The notes: generated from the letters alone by a model not told the origin. 64,000 nucleotides of DNA from an uncultured Clostridium sp. (GCA_948468275.1 CAOKHI010000001.1:1866-65865), one strand, 5' to 3'. Counted from the stretch's first letter, positions 21,280 through 33,892 are shown. Numbers and translations are program-made.

Positions 21280-21955
21280 TTAAATGGTGGGGTAACCATT
21301 CCCCACTACCCCCAATTATGGAAAAGGAGCAAAAGGAAATGAAACAATTAAGAGTTAATAGAGATACAGACACAAAATCATTTTTCAATGAAATGTTTAT
21401 AAAAGACCTAAGCAAAAAAATGCAAAAAGTTTTTGTAGCAATGGAAAATAAACAATCAAAATAGAATTTACAAGCACATTGAAAAGTAAATATAAAAATT
21501 ACTAGATACAAAATAATGATACACTTACATAGCCATAGCACGAGCGAGATAAGACCGTCCCAAGCATTGGGTGTAAGTCTGTTGTAACAGATAGGTGCAA
21601 TTCCTGTGTACTACAATAAAGTAGTAGTTTAGTAATTAAAAAGAACCACACAAACCACACAAAACACACAATCAAACAAACCTAAAAAACAGATAAAAAA
21701 ATTACAGTAAATAACAATAGGTTGAGCAATCACTTATTGAGTAAGGTAGGTGTATTAGTATATGAAAACAGAATATAAAATAAAAGAGGAATTTTCACAA
21801 AATAAAGAAAATTCAAAGACATTAGAACAGATACTTGAAGAAATGTTTACAATATATTTAGTTGAAAAAGTTACCAAGGGGAGTTGAAAGCAACTCCCTT
21901 GTTGTTATATAATTCATATCAAGGAAACCTGTTGTTATTTGGAAAGAGGTTAATT

Positions 21956-23623
21956 ATGATAGTAATAACAAACCCAGAAAAATACAATGGGAAAACAGGG
22001 TTATATGAAAGACTTTCAAATGAAAAGTTAGAGGTTGTAAACATCAATGGTACAGTAACAAAAAAGGCAAATAAGCAAAGTGGTAGTATAGAAACACAAC
22101 AGTTGATACTTGAAAAATTTTGTGATAGCAATCATATTAGAGATTTTAAACACTACTACGACGATGGGTTTACTGGTGCAAACTTTGAAAGACCAAATTT
22201 TGAAAGACTTTTAGAGGACATTGAAAATGGAGAAATAAATTTAGTAATAGTAAAAGACTTGTCAAGGTTTGGAAGGTCGGACAAAGTACCAGATAGTGTA
22301 GAAGAATTTTTTGCCTTAAAAGGTGTAAGATTTATTGCAGTTGACGACAATATGGATACAGGCGAGGTTGCAGACATAAGTAAGATAGACGACGAGTTAC
22401 ATTTAAGAGCATTTTTCAATTCTTGGTATTTAAGAGATACATCAAAGAAGATAAGAAATGGAAAAAGAGCAAGAGCAGAACAAGGTAAGGTAATGGCAGT
22501 CTACCCTACTTATGGTTACCAAAAAGACCCAGCAGATAAAAACCACTACATTATAGACCCAGTAATAGCACCAACTGTTAAAAGAATGTTTGCAATTGCA
22601 ATAGAGGGAAAGACACCAACAGAAATAGGAACGATACTAACAGACGAGGGCATACCAGTACCAAGCGAAGTTGTAGGTAATAATCATACAAGAAAAGGTG
22701 CAGTCAAGAGAGGTTGGAACAGAAATACAGTTGTTAAAGTATTACAGAATGAAACTTATTTAGGTTGGGTAGTAAATGGTAATACAAGAAAAGTAAGTTA
22801 CAAAAATAAGAAAATAGTTAGTGTGCCAAAGGAAGACAGAATACTACGAAAAGGTATGCACGAGCCAATTATAGACGAGGCAACATTTAATCTAGTACAA
22901 AGTATGATTGAAAGCCGAAAGTCTACAAGGGTTAAGACCTATGATTGGTTATTAAAAGGTTTGGTATATTGTAAGGAATGTGGCAAGAAGTTAAGCATAG
23001 TAGCACAGAAACACCCACATAAAACAACATTCTATTTAAGGTGCAATACTTATGCCTGTAATACACATTTGGGGTTATGCACACCACATAGCAATAACTA
23101 TGAAAAGTTAGAAAATGCAGTTATAACACAAATCAAAAAGAGGTGTATGGAATTCTTACAAGAGGAAAGGTATCAGCAAATAGCCAACAAATCAAAAGAC
23201 AAGTTACTAAACAATAGATTTAGTTTAAAAAATCAAATACTATTACAAGAAAAGAAACTGGAAGATACAAACAACATTATTGATAAACTTTACAAGGAAA
23301 AATGTTTAGGTAAATTGCAAGAAGAAGATTTTACTAGAATGTATCTATTATATACAGAAGATAGAAAGGCAATAAAGGAATCAATAGAAAAACTTAAACA
23401 AGAGGAAGAAGAAAGTAAGACACCTAAAAAAGTTGATATAATGAAGATAGTTAAAGAGTTTGTAAGTTTCAAAGAGATAACACGAGAGATGTTAGTTTCA
23501 TTGGTAGATAGAATAGAAATAGCAGAAAATAAAGAAATAACTATTTACTATAATTTCAGTATTTTAAATGTTGCAGAGATACAAGACCAACAAGAAGAAA
23601 GTAATTTACAAGTAGTTGGTTAA
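21956..23623 (+). CDS. Large serine recombinase (integrase) of the element
   Basis: RBS GGAAAGAGG then ATG 21956. Catalytic motif GLYERLSN..., resolvase domain, then a recombinase/zinc-ribbon domain (CKECGKKL...C...C) and a coiled coil. The gene abuts attR. Confidence 0.8.
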   Translation: MIVITNPEKYNGKTGLYERLSNEKLEVVNINGTVTKKANKQSGSIETQQLILEKFCDSNHIRDFKHYYDDGFTGANFERPNFERLLEDIENGEINLVIVKDLSRFGRSDKVPDSVEEFFALKGVRFIAVDDNMDTGEVADISKIDDELHLRAFFNSWYLRDTSKKIRNGKRARAEQGKVMAVYPTYGYQKDPADKNHYIIDPVIAPTVKRMFAIAIEGKTPTEIGTILTDEGIPVPSEVVGNNHTRKGAVKRGWNRNTVVKVLQNETYLGWVVNGNTRKVSYKNKKIVSVPKEDRILRKGMHEPIIDEATFNLVQSMIESRKSTRVKTYDWLLKGLVYCKECGKKLSIVAQKHPHKTTFYLRCNTYACNTHLGLCTPHSNNYEKLENAVITQIKKRCMEFLQEERYQQIANKSKDKLLNNRFSLKNQILLQEKKLEDTNNIIDKLYKEKCLGKLQEEDFTRMYLLYTEDRKAIKESIEKLKQEEEESKTPKKVDIMKIVKEFVSFKEITREMLVSLVDRIEIAENKEITIYYNFSILNVAEIQDQQEESNLQVVG

Positions 23624-23636
23624 ACAATAGTAATAA

Positions 23637-24398
23637 AATAATATTATTACTATAATAGTACTATTAATATTAGTAGGTGTTACAATAAGTTTGATAGAAA
23701 AAAATGGAGTTTTTGAGTATGCAAAGGTGGCAACAGAAGAAACAAATAAACAAACAGCAACAGAAAAGATGAATTTAAAGATAACATCTACTCAGATGAA
23801 TATTTATGCAGAAGAACAAAGACTTCCAACACTCCAAGAATTTGCAGACGAACTATGTGAAGATAATGAAATAGAATATGTTGAAGTAAAAAGTAAAATA
23901 ATAGCAAGTGTAGCTAAAATAGATGTTGGAGAAGCACAGACAATATTTACAAAGTTAAAAGAGTATCCATATGAGTTTGAAATAAATTCTTCACTTCAGT
24001 TAGCAAGTATAGATGGTGTGAAAATTGCAACTAATAATACTGCTAAAGTAGGACAAAAGAAATATTCAACAGAGGAAACAATTGTGGGTAGTTGGATAGA
24101 TAATAAACCAATTTATCAAAAAACTTATGTTTTAACTGATTTATCAAAAAATGATGGACTGTTTATTACAATAGATGAAAATGCTAAGAATTATATAGAT
24201 AAATTTATACACAGTGAGTTTAGAATGACAAGAGCTATTGAGAATGTTCAATTGGCTTCATCATATGATTATGATGCTAATTCTCATTTTGCAGAGATAT
24301 GGTTTTCAAATGAAAAGGGATTATATATATTTGGAGCATTTGAATATACAGCATTAGAGTGTCATGTTACAGTACAATATACAAAGGTTACAGATTAA
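23637..24398 (+). pseudogene. 3' portion of the interrupted surface-protein paralog (continues from 13934 fragment)
   Basis: The frame is open from 23637 (NNIITIIVLLILVGVTISLIEKNGVFEYAK...). It is homologous to residues about 18-45 of the 4784 protein. The ORF track calls a TTG start at 23691. Confidence 0.65.
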
Positions 24399-24499
24399 AC
24401 TAAAAGTAAAAGAATATTTGACTTAGGAAACGAAGAAAAATAATATGAAGATATTTTGAAATAATGAAGAAAATAAAAGAAAACAAAGGAGTAGTGAAG

Positions 24500-25595
24500 A
24501 TGTTATATAAAGTTGAAATTAGAAAGACGAAAAATAATAGACGTTTAGGAAAACAAGAAGCAATAACTTTAATTGCATTAGTAATTACAATAATACTACT
24601 ACTTATATTATCAGGAGTAGTAATAAATTTAAGTATTCGGTCAAAATGGGCTTTTAGCTAGAGGAGAAAATGTAACTAATATGTGGAAAGAAGCAAGTAT
24701 AGATGAGCAGAAAAAATTTAATGAGCTATATGAAGAATTAGAAAATATGGAAATAGAGATACCACAATTACCTTATGAAGGAGTAGGATACAAATTTATT
24801 TATGATGGTACTTTAGGGGAAAGTGGTGTAGATGGAAAAAACATGTGTAATGATATTACTGGAGGATGGTCTACAAAAAGGACGAACTATGCTTTAAAAG
24901 GTGGAACATTTGATGGAAAAAAATTTGAGTGGTATCATGGTTGGCTTTTTACAAATGATAAAATAAATTTAACAAATTATAAAAAAATATATGTGTCATC
25001 GAATATAGTAGAAAATGGATCTGTTATATATAATTATGTTTATGGTTGGAGTAAACAATATGCTAATAATGGAGAAGTTTATCCATATCCAAATAATAAT
25101 CCATTAATAAATGTAGAAGCAGGTGGAAAAAAAGATTTTGCATATTATGAAAATAAAAGAACTATGGGATTAATTGATATACCAGAAAAATGGGAAGGAT
25201 ATATTGGTATATATTCATGTCATTCAGCAGGCAATACTTATTATTATGATTATCAAACATCTTATGTAAGAAATTTTTGCAATTCAGGCAGATATATAGA
25301 TGTATATAGTATAGTAGCTTTAAAAGAAGATGATTGGAAAGCATGGATAAAATTAGCTAAAATAGATAGTGATCAATTCACATCACTAAGTGAAATATTA
25401 GAAAATGAAGAAGTATTACAAAAGGCTTTTAGTAAGAGGAAAGCAAATGAGTATTTATTAAAGTGCTCAGGAACATTAATGGTTGAAATATTAAAAAATG
25501 ATAAATCATATAAATTAATTCCAAAAGAATTAATTGCAGAAATGCAAAACAATGAAAATTGGAATCATTTTATGAAAGTATGTGAGCTAAAATAG
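24500..25595 (+). pseudogene. Third paralog of the surface-protein family, interrupted by a +1 frameshift at about 24638
   Basis: ORF 24464..24661 carries the conserved N-terminus EAITLIALVITIILLLILSGVVINLSI. Frame +1 continues with GQNGLLARGENVTNMWKEAS... (compare GENGLFAKT in the 4784 protein). An extra C sits in attCggt. Confidence 0.65.
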
Positions 25596-25645
25596 AAAAA
25601 ATTTTAATTTTTTCTATTTTAGCTTACTCAGTACAAATTTGGTTA

Positions 25646-25826
25646 GTTACAGTTCACAGCGTATATAATAAAATCCGCTACGGCTAAGTAATATATTTTA
25701 TTTTTTCATTTCGCCCTCCAAGCTCACGGGTATTCCCCCGCCTCAATGGGCTGTCGGGTCTTCATTACAAAATAAAATATATTACTTAGTCTTCGCTACT
25801 TACTGCTATTGTCTGTGAATTGTAAC
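25646..25826 (+). repeat. About 180-bp GC-rich repeat element with terminal inverted repeats (MITE-like), copy 1
   Basis: TIR gttacagttcacag ... ctgtgaattgtaac. Near-identical copies at 43995-44174 (+) and 52853-53033 (-). Flanked by the direct repeat TTTGGTTAG. Confidence 0.75.
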
Positions 25827-25866
25827 TTTGGTTAGGAGAAAATCTGAACAAAAAAAATTTTGGATC

Positions 25867-25896
25867 TTGACAAGCCCTAAGGGAAAATGATATAAT
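25867..25896 (+). promoter_or_regulatory. Promoter TTGACA-N18-TATAAT in the rpoB upstream leader
   Basis: Direct read. Followed by about 400 nt of leader with hairpins (26026-26074, 26196-26215). Confidence 0.45.
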
Positions 25897-26316
25897 CATT
25901 AAACTATAAATTACGTTTAGAAACAAAAATTTTGTTAAACATTTTAAATCTTATACTAAATCTTAAAAATAGTAAGGGTGGTCAAGATTAAAATAGTAAT
26001 CCAGATAACAAATTTTTAGATAGAAAAAAGGTACGTTGGTAAAAAAAATGTGTATTTACCAACATGCCTTTTTGTTGCCGTAATTTAAGACTTATGTAAA
26101 TTAAATAAGAAGAGGAATTAAATTTTGTATAGAAACTAGTTTGTTTTGGTTTAAGAGCAGTATAACTAAAATGAGTAGTGGAAACTTAATTTAAGAAGGA
26201 CTTCTTTTTTATATAAAGTTGGATGTTATAGATTAGTTTAGAAACTCTTATGTGTGTTCTAATTTAAGATTTCAAATTTCCAATAACTGCTTAATTTATT
26301 TTATGAGGTGATTTTT

Positions 26317-29300
26317 TTGGTAACAGATATTAAACATGAAAAATGCGTAAGAAAAACATTTGCAAAAATTGAAGATAGTATTGAAATGCCTAATTTAATT
26401 CAAGTACAAAAAGATTCTTATAACTGGTTTGTAAATGTAGGATTAGGAGAAGTTTTAAAAGATATATCTCCAATAATTGACTATACAGGAAACTTGGTTT
26501 TAGAATTTTTTGACTACTATATGGAAGACAAAACTAAATACACTTTAGAAGAAGCAAAAGAAAGAGATACTACATATTCAACTAGACTACATGTAAAAGT
26601 TAGACTTATAAATCGTGAAACAGGAGAAATAAAAGAACAAGAGATTTATTTAGGGGATTTCCCTTTAATGACAGAGAGTGGAACATTTGTTATAAATGGT
26701 GCAGAAAGAGTTGTAGTAAGCCAATTAGTACGTTCACCAGGATGTTATTATGCATCTGATTATGACAAAACGGGTAAAAAAATATTTACATCAACAGTAA
26801 TGCCAATACGTGGAGCTTGGATAGAGTATGAAACAGATGCAAATGATGTATTTTATGTAAGAGTTGACAGAACAAGAAAACTACCTGTAACATCATTATT
26901 AAGAGCAATAGGATTAATAACAGACCAACAAATAATAGATATGTTTGGTGAAGAAGATAAAATTCTTGCAACAATACAAAAAGATACTGTAAAAACACAA
27001 GATGAAGCATTAATAGAGATATATAAAAAATTAAGACCAGGTGAATTACCAACAGCAGATGCTGCAAGAAACTTATTTAATGGATTATTTTTTGATAATA
27101 GGAGATATGATCTTGCAAAAGTTGGTAGATATAAATTTAATAAAAAATTAGGCCTTGCATCAAGAATAGCAAACCAGATAGCATTTGATGATATTATAGA
27201 TTCTGAAACAGGTGAAGTACTTGTAGAAAAAGATGCAATAATTACAAGTGATAAGGCTTTAGAAATTCAAAATTTAGGAATAAATATTGTAGATGTAAAA
27301 GTAGAAGACAAAAAAGTAAGAATAATTGGAAATGGAACAGTAGATATTACTAAATTTGTTGATATAGACTTAGAGATAAAAGAATTAGTAAACTATGAAG
27401 TATTAAAGAATATATTAGAAAATACTGACAAAAAGGATTTAAAGAAAATTATAGAAGAAAGAATGGATGAGCTAGTACCAAAACATATTGTGACAGAAGA
27501 TATTATAGCATCTGTAAATTACATATTAAATTTACAACATGGATTAGGTATGGTTGATGATATTGATCATTTAGGAAATAGACGTATAAGAAGTGTTGGA
27601 GAATTATTACAAAATCAATTTAGAATAGGTTTAACAAGATTAGAAAGAGTAGTTCGTGAGAGAATGACAATACAAGATTTAGATGTAGTAACTCCACAAA
27701 CTTTAATAAATACAAAACCAATAACATCATCAATAAGGGAATTTTTTGGAAGTTCACAATTATCTCAATTTATGGATCAAACTAATCCTTTATCAGAATT
27801 AACACATAAAAGAAGAGTATCTGCTTTAGGACCAGGTGGATTATCTAGAGAAAGAGCAGGTTTTGAGGTAAGAGATGTTCACTATACACATTATGGTCGT
27901 CTATGTCCAATAGAATCCCCAGAAGGACCAAATATAGGACTTATATCTGCATTATCATCATTTGCAATAATAAATGAATATGGATTTGTAGAAACACCAT
28001 ATAGGAAAATAGATCCTGTAACACATAAAGTAACTGATATTGTAGAATATATGAGTGCAGAAGAGGAAGAAGGACTAAGAATAGCGCAAGCATCAGAACC
28101 AATAGACAAAGATGGGAATTTTGTAAACAAGAAAGTAAAAATAAGATATAAAGACGATATAGAAGAAGTTTCACCAGAAAGAGTAGACTATATAGACATA
28201 TCACCAAAACAATTAGTTTCAGTTGGAGCTGCAATGATACCATTTCTTGAGCATGATGATGCACACCGTGCATTAATGGGTGCTAACATGCAACGTCAAG
28301 CAGTACCTTTATTAATACCAGATTCTCCAATAGTAGGAACAGGAATAGAGTATAGAGCTGCAAAGGATTCTGGAATAATGCAAATAGCACAATCAGATGG
28401 AACAATACAAAAAGTTACAGGTGATGAAATAGTAATAAAAACAACAAAAGGAGCAATTGAAAGATATCATTTAAGAAAATTTAAAAGGACAAATGGTGGA
28501 ACTTGTATAAACCAAAGACCAATTGTAGTAAAAGGTGAAAAGGTAAAAGCAGGAGATGTAATAGCTGATGGTCCTTCAACACAAAATGGAGAAATGGCAT
28601 TAGGTAAAAATGTATTAATAGCATTTGCTACATGGGAAGGATATAATTATGAAGATGCTGTATTAATTAGTGAAAGATTGGTAAAAGAAGATGTTTATAC
28701 ATCTATACATATAGAAGAATATGATTGTGAATGTAGAGATACAAAGTTAGGACCAGAAGAAATAACAAGGGATATACCAAATGTAGGAGAGGACAGTTTA
28801 AAAGATTTAGATGAAAATGGAATAATAAGAATAGGAGCAGAGGTAAAACCAGGAGATATATTAGTTGGAAAAGTTACTCCAAAGGGAGAAACAGAATTAA
28901 CAGCAGAAGAAAGACTATTACGTGCAATATTTGGAGAAAAAGCAAGAGAAGTAAGAGATACATCTCTTAAAGTACCACATGGAGAAGCAGGAACAATAGT
29001 TGATGTAAAAATCTTTACAAGGGATAATTCAGACGAGTTAGCTCCAGGAGTAAACCAAGTAATTAGATGTTATATAGCACAAAAAAGAAAAATATCTGTT
29101 GGAGATAAAATGGCAGGACGTCATGGAAATAAAGGTGTTGTATCAAGAATATTACCAGTAGAAGATATGCCATTTATGCCAGATGGAACACCTGTTGATA
29201 TAGTATTAAATCCACTAGGTGTACCTTCACGTATGAACCTAGGACAGGTGCTAGAGGTACATTTAGGAGCAGCAGCAAGAGAATTGGGATGGAAAGTAGC

Positions 29301-30048
29301 AACACCAGTATTTGATGGGGCAAAAGAGGCTGAAATAACAGAGTTGTTAGAAAAAGCAGGACGTACACCAGATGGAAAAACTATACTATATGATGGACGA
29401 ACAGGAGAAATGTTTGATAAGCCAGTTACTGTAGGTGTAATGTATATGTTAAAACTACATCACTTAGTAGACGACAAAATACATGCACGTTCAACAGGAC
29501 CATACTCACTAGTAACACAACAACCATTAGGAGGAAAGGCACAATTTGGAGGACAACGTTTTGGAGAAATGGAAGTTTGGGCATTAGAAGCATATGGAGC
29601 AGCACATACATTACAAGAAATATTAACTGTAAAATCAGATGATGTAGTGGGAAGAGTAAAAACATATGAAGCAATAGTAAAAGGAGAAAATGTTCCAGAA
29701 CCAGGAGTTCCAGAAAGCTTTAAAGTATTAATAAAAGAACTACAAAGTTTAGGGTTAGATGTGCGTTTGTACTCTGAGGATGATAGAGAGCTAGAATTAA
29801 AAGAAAACATAGAAGAAGGTATAGACATAAATTTAGAAAGAGAAAAACAACGAAATATATTATTAGATGATGAATTATCAGAAAACTATATAGAAGAAGA
29901 AACAGAAGAATTAATAGAAGAAGATGCTGATGAATTGTTTGAAGACTCATTACTAGATGATGAAGATGAAATGTTGTTAGATGATACAGATTTAGGTGTA
30001 GATAATCTTATGAATGATGAAGATATATTAGATGATGACAATGAGTAA
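26317..30048 (+). CDS. rpoB: DNA-directed RNA polymerase subunit beta
   Basis: RBS GAGGTG then TTG 26317 (alternatively GTG 26308). Conserved throughout. Highly acidic C-terminal tail. Confidence 0.95.
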   Translation: MVTDIKHEKCVRKTFAKIEDSIEMPNLIQVQKDSYNWFVNVGLGEVLKDISPIIDYTGNLVLEFFDYYMEDKTKYTLEEAKERDTTYSTRLHVKVRLINRETGEIKEQEIYLGDFPLMTESGTFVINGAERVVVSQLVRSPGCYYASDYDKTGKKIFTSTVMPIRGAWIEYETDANDVFYVRVDRTRKLPVTSLLRAIGLITDQQIIDMFGEEDKILATIQKDTVKTQDEALIEIYKKLRPGELPTADAARNLFNGLFFDNRRYDLAKVGRYKFNKKLGLASRIANQIAFDDIIDSETGEVLVEKDAIITSDKALEIQNLGINIVDVKVEDKKVRIIGNGTVDITKFVDIDLEIKELVNYEVLKNILENTDKKDLKKIIEERMDELVPKHIVTEDIIASVNYILNLQHGLGMVDDIDHLGNRRIRSVGELLQNQFRIGLTRLERVVRERMTIQDLDVVTPQTLINTKPITSSIREFFGSSQLSQFMDQTNPLSELTHKRRVSALGPGGLSRERAGFEVRDVHYTHYGRLCPIESPEGPNIGLISALSSFAIINEYGFVETPYRKIDPVTHKVTDIVEYMSAEEEEGLRIAQASEPIDKDGNFVNKKVKIRYKDDIEEVSPERVDYIDISPKQLVSVGAAMIPFLEHDDAHRALMGANMQRQAVPLLIPDSPIVGTGIEYRAAKDSGIMQIAQSDGTIQKVTGDEIVIKTTKGAIERYHLRKFKRTNGGTCINQRPIVVKGEKVKAGDVIADGPSTQNGEMALGKNVLIAFATWEGYNYEDAVLISERLVKEDVYTSIHIEEYDCECRDTKLGPEEITRDIPNVGEDSLKDLDENGIIRIGAEVKPGDILVGKVTPKGETELTAEERLLRAIFGEKAREVRDTSLKVPHGEAGTIVDVKIFTRDNSDELAPGVNQVIRCYIAQKRKISVGDKMAGRHGNKGVVSRILPVEDMPFMPDGTPVDIVLNPLGVPSRMNLGQVLEVHLGAAARELGWKVATPVFDGAKEAEITELLEKAGRTPDGKTILYDGRTGEMFDKPVTVGVMYMLKLHHLVDDKIHARSTGPYSLVTQQPLGGKAQFGGQRFGEMEVWALEAYGAAHTLQEILTVKSDDVVGRVKTYEAIVKGENVPEPGVPESFKVLIKELQSLGLDVRLYSEDDRELELKENIEEGIDINLEREKQRNILLDDELSENYIEEETEELIEEDADELFEDSLLDDEDEMLLDDTDLGVDNLMNDEDILDDDNE

Positions 30049-30179
30049 GAGATTGAATAAATAATTAAATAAAAATCCATAAAAAACTAAAATAATGTAC
30101 AAAATAAATTGCACAGCAGTGTATCATTATTTTAGTAAGTTATGGATAACAAAATTCATATTCTGAAGGGAGAAAATTA

Positions 30180-33100
30180 GTGGACGAACTAGAAATATTT
30201 GATAAATTAAAAATAGGGCTTGCATCAGATGAAAAAGTTAGAGAATGGTCTAAAGGTGAAGTAAAAAAACCAGAAACTATAAATTATAGAACTCTAAAAC
30301 CAGAAAAAGATGGTTTGTTTTGTGAAAGAATATTTGGACCAACAAAAGACTGGGAATGTCATTGTGGGAAATATAAAAGAGTACGTTATAAAGGAATTGT
30401 GTGTGATAGATGTGGAGTAGAAGTTACAAAAGCAAAGGTAAGAAGAGAAAGAATGGGCCATATAGAGCTTGCAGCTCCAGTAGCACATATTTGGTACTTT
30501 AAAGGAATACCAAGTAGAATTGCATTAATGCTAGATATTTCACCTAGAAGTTTAGAAAAAGTTGTATATTTTGCATCATATATAGTTACAGACAAAGGAC
30601 AATCAGGTTTAATTAAATGTCAAGTACTAACAGAAAAGGAATACCATGAAGCAGAAGAAAAATATGGTAGAGGTTCTTTTAAAGCAGAAATGGGAGCAGA
30701 AGCAATTAAAAAATTACTAGAAGAAATAGATATAGAAAAATTAGCAGAAAAACTAAAAAAAGAAATAGAAAAAGCAAGTGAACAAAAAAAGGTAAAACTA
30801 GTAAAAAGATTAGATACAGTTGAATCATTTAGACTATCTGGAAATAAGCCAGAATGGATGATTATGAATGTTGTACCTGTAATTCCACCAGAGTTAAGGC
30901 CAATGGTACAATTAGATGGTGGAAGGTTTGCAACATCTGATTTAAATGATTTATATAGAAGGGTTATAAACAGAAATAACAGACTAAAAAGATTACTTGA
31001 ATTAGGCGCTCCAGAAATAATAGTAAGAAATGAAAAAAGGATGTTACAAGAGTCTGTAGATGCTTTAATAGATAATGGTAGAAGGGGAAGACCTGTTACA
31101 GGAGCAGGAAATAGACCACTAAAATCATTATCAGATTTATTAAAAGGAAAACAAGGTAGATTTAGACAAAACTTACTTGGAAAAAGGGTTGATTATTCAG
31201 GACGTTCTGTTATAGTAGTTGGACCAGAATTAAAAATTTATCAATGTGGACTTCCAAAGGAAATGGCAGTTGAATTATTTAAACCATTTGTAATGAAAGA
31301 ATTAGTAGGAAGAGGAATAGCTCATAATATAAAAAATGCTAAAAGAATGGTAGAAAAATTAAGACCAGAAGTATGGGATATATTAGAAGAGGTTATAAAA
31401 GATCATCCTGTAATGCTAAACCGTGCACCAACATTACATAGATTAGGTATACAAGCATTTGAGCCAGTATTAGTAGAAGGAAGAGCAATAAAATTACATC
31501 CATTAGTTTGTACAGCATTTAATGCAGATTTTGACGGTGATCAAATGGCAGTACACGTACCATTATCACCAGAAGCACAAGCAGAAGCAAGATATTTGAT
31601 GTTATCTGTAAATAACTTATTAAAGCCACAAGATGGTAAACCTGTTACAGTACCAACACAAGATATGATACTTGGAAGTTATTATCTAACAATGGTAGTA
31701 GATGGAGAAATAGGGGAAGGTACATATTTTAAAGATATAGAAGAAGCATTAATGGCATATGCAAATGGAGAAGTAGGATTACATGCAAAAGTATTTATAA
31801 GAATGTTTAAAGAAATAGATGGTGAGTTAAAACATAAAAAAGTAGAAACAACAGTTGGAAGGGTTATATATAATCAAGAAATACCACAAGATTTAGGATT
31901 TGTAGATAGAACTAACCCAGAAAATGCATTTGAACCAGAGATAAACTTCCCAGTAATTAAGAAAAATTTAGGAACAATAGTTGCAAAATGTATAAATGTA
32001 CATGGATTATCGAGAGCAGCAGAACTATTAGATTATATAAAAGCAACAGGATTTAAATATTCTACAAAAGGTGCTATAACAGTTAGTGTTAAAGATATTA
32101 TAATACCACCAACAAAGCAAAGTATATTAGATACAGCAGAAGTAGAGGTAGAAAATATAGCAAAACAATATAAACGTGGATTAATAACAGAAGATGAAAG
32201 ATATGAATCTGTTATTAAGGTATGGGAAGATGTTACAAGTGATGTAACAGAAGCCATGAAAGATAATTTTGATGAATTAAATCCAATATACATGATGGTA
32301 CAATCAGGAGCAAGACGGAAATATGAACCAGTTAAGACAAGTAGCAGGTATGAGAGGTCTTATGGCAAATACATCTGGAAAAGCAGTAGAAATACCAATT
32401 AGATCATCATTTAGAGAAGGACTAGATGCACTAGAATATTTCGTATCAAGCCATGGAGGAAGAAAAGGACTTGCAGATACAGCGTTAAGAACAGCCGATT
32501 CAGGATATTTAACAAGAAGATTAGTTGATGTTTCTCAAGACATAATAGTAAGAGAAAAAGATTGCAGAACGCATGATGGAATTGAAATACAAGATATAAA
32601 AGATGGAAATCAAATAATAGAGAAATTAGAAGAAAGATTAGAAGGAAGATATCCATTAGAAGATATTGTAGATCCAAAAACAAAACAAGTAATAGTAGAT
32701 ACAGATACGATGATAGATGAAAAAATAGCAAAACAAATAGTAGAGGCAGGATATGATAGTGTAAAAGTGCGTTCAGCATTAGGATGTAGATCAAAACATG
32801 GTGTATGTGCTAAATGTTATGGAATGGGTCTTGCAACAAGAGAAGAAGTAAATATAGGAGAGGCAGTAGGAATTATAGCTGCACAGTCAATAGGAGAACC
32901 AGGAACACAGCTTACAATGAGAACTTTCCACCAAGGTGGTGTTGCAGGAGGAGATATAACACAAGGTCTTCCAAGGGTAGAAGAACTATTTGAAGCAAGA
33001 AAACCAAAAGGACTTGCAATAATTTCAGAAATTGAAGGTAAAGTAAAAATATCAGATGATAGGAAGAAAAAAGAAGTAACAGTAACAAATAAATCTGATT

Positions 33101-33759
33101 CAAGAACATATACAATACCTTTTGGATCAAAATTACATGTAAGGGATGGAGATGAAATACAAGCAGCAGAACCAATAACAGAAGGTTCAATAAATCCAAA
33201 TGAAATACTTGAAATTAAAGGGGCACAAGGTGTATATGAATATCTAATACAAGAAGTTCAAAAAGTGTATAGAAACCAAGGTGTTGATATAAATGATAAG
33301 CATATCGAAGTAATAGGTAGACAAATGTTAAAGAAGGTAAGAGTAGAAGATAATGGTGATACAGATATGTTTGCAGGTTCATTAGTGGATATATATGAAT
33401 TTGAAGAAAAGAATCAAAAAGCTGAAGAAGAAGGTAAACGAATAGCAACAGGAAAAAGAACATTACTTGGAATAACAAAAGCATCACTTGCAACAGAGAG
33501 CTTCTTATCTGCAGCATCATTCCAAGAAACAACAAGAGTATTAACTGAAGCGGCAATAAAAGGAAAAGTAGATCCATTAATAGGATTAAAAGAAAATGTA
33601 ATAATAGGAAAATTAATTCCAGCGGGAACAGGTATGAATGTGTATAAAAATATAAGAATAAATACAGAAGAGGATGTTTCTATACAAGAACCACAACAAG
33701 ATAGTATAGTTGGTGAAGAAGTAGTAGAACAAGAAAAGATGGCTATTGTAGAAGAATAA
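30180..33759 (+). CDS. rpoC: DNA-directed RNA polymerase subunit beta' (read as two ORFs, 30180..32402 and 32323..33759, because of a +1 frameshift at about 32316)
   Basis: GTG start with a GGGAG RBS. ORF1 ends ...[14 protein letters not shown]... and ORF2 begins [15 protein letters not shown]. The conserved [12 protein letters not shown] is restored by deleting the C in agaCggaaat. Confidence 0.9.
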
Positions 33760-33773
33760 AAATAAATGTTATA

Positions 33774-33815
33774 AAAAATTTCCATATTAGTATAAGATTA
33801 ATATGGAAATTTTTT
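33774..33815 (+). terminator. Terminator after rpoC
   Basis: AAAATTTCCATATT agtataagatt AATATGGAAATTTT followed by a T-rich tract. Confidence 0.65.
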
Positions 33816-33892
33816 GTATAATAATAGGAAAAATAATAAAGGCTTAGTTCTATAAATAAGATATATGAATATAATATATAGTGAGGTGTATT

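Larger units (their letters stand above)
14021..23657. mobile_element. Integrated about 9.6 kb element inserted into a surface-protein gene; junctions share the core ATTAC(A/T)ATAATA; it ends with a large serine recombinase
   Basis: Core at 14009-14020 (attL side) and 23646-23657 (attR side). Joining the flanks restores a continuous ORF homologous to the 4784 and 24500 paralogs. Cargo is Rep, iterons, regulators, resolvase and LSR. Confidence 0.7.

Noticed and set aside
21884-21955. Upstream extension of the large serine recombinase (ORF-track start 21884)
   Set aside because: The ATG at 21956 has a good RBS (GGAAAGAGG). The extension begins inside a terminator-like hairpin (21869-21896) and adds a non-conserved hydrophobic leader.
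3372-33785. Many antisense or alternative-frame ORFs inside known genes (for example 1406..1657, 3372..3791, 8847..9245, 9178..9555, 26786..27067, 27941..28273, 29460..29828, 32411..33577, 38141..38691, 39910..40221)
   Set aside because: They are shadow ORFs within well-supported conserved CDSs (asnS, aspS, fusA, rpoB, rpoC, jetC). Composition is low-complexity (Leu/Phe-rich) and they lack RBSs.
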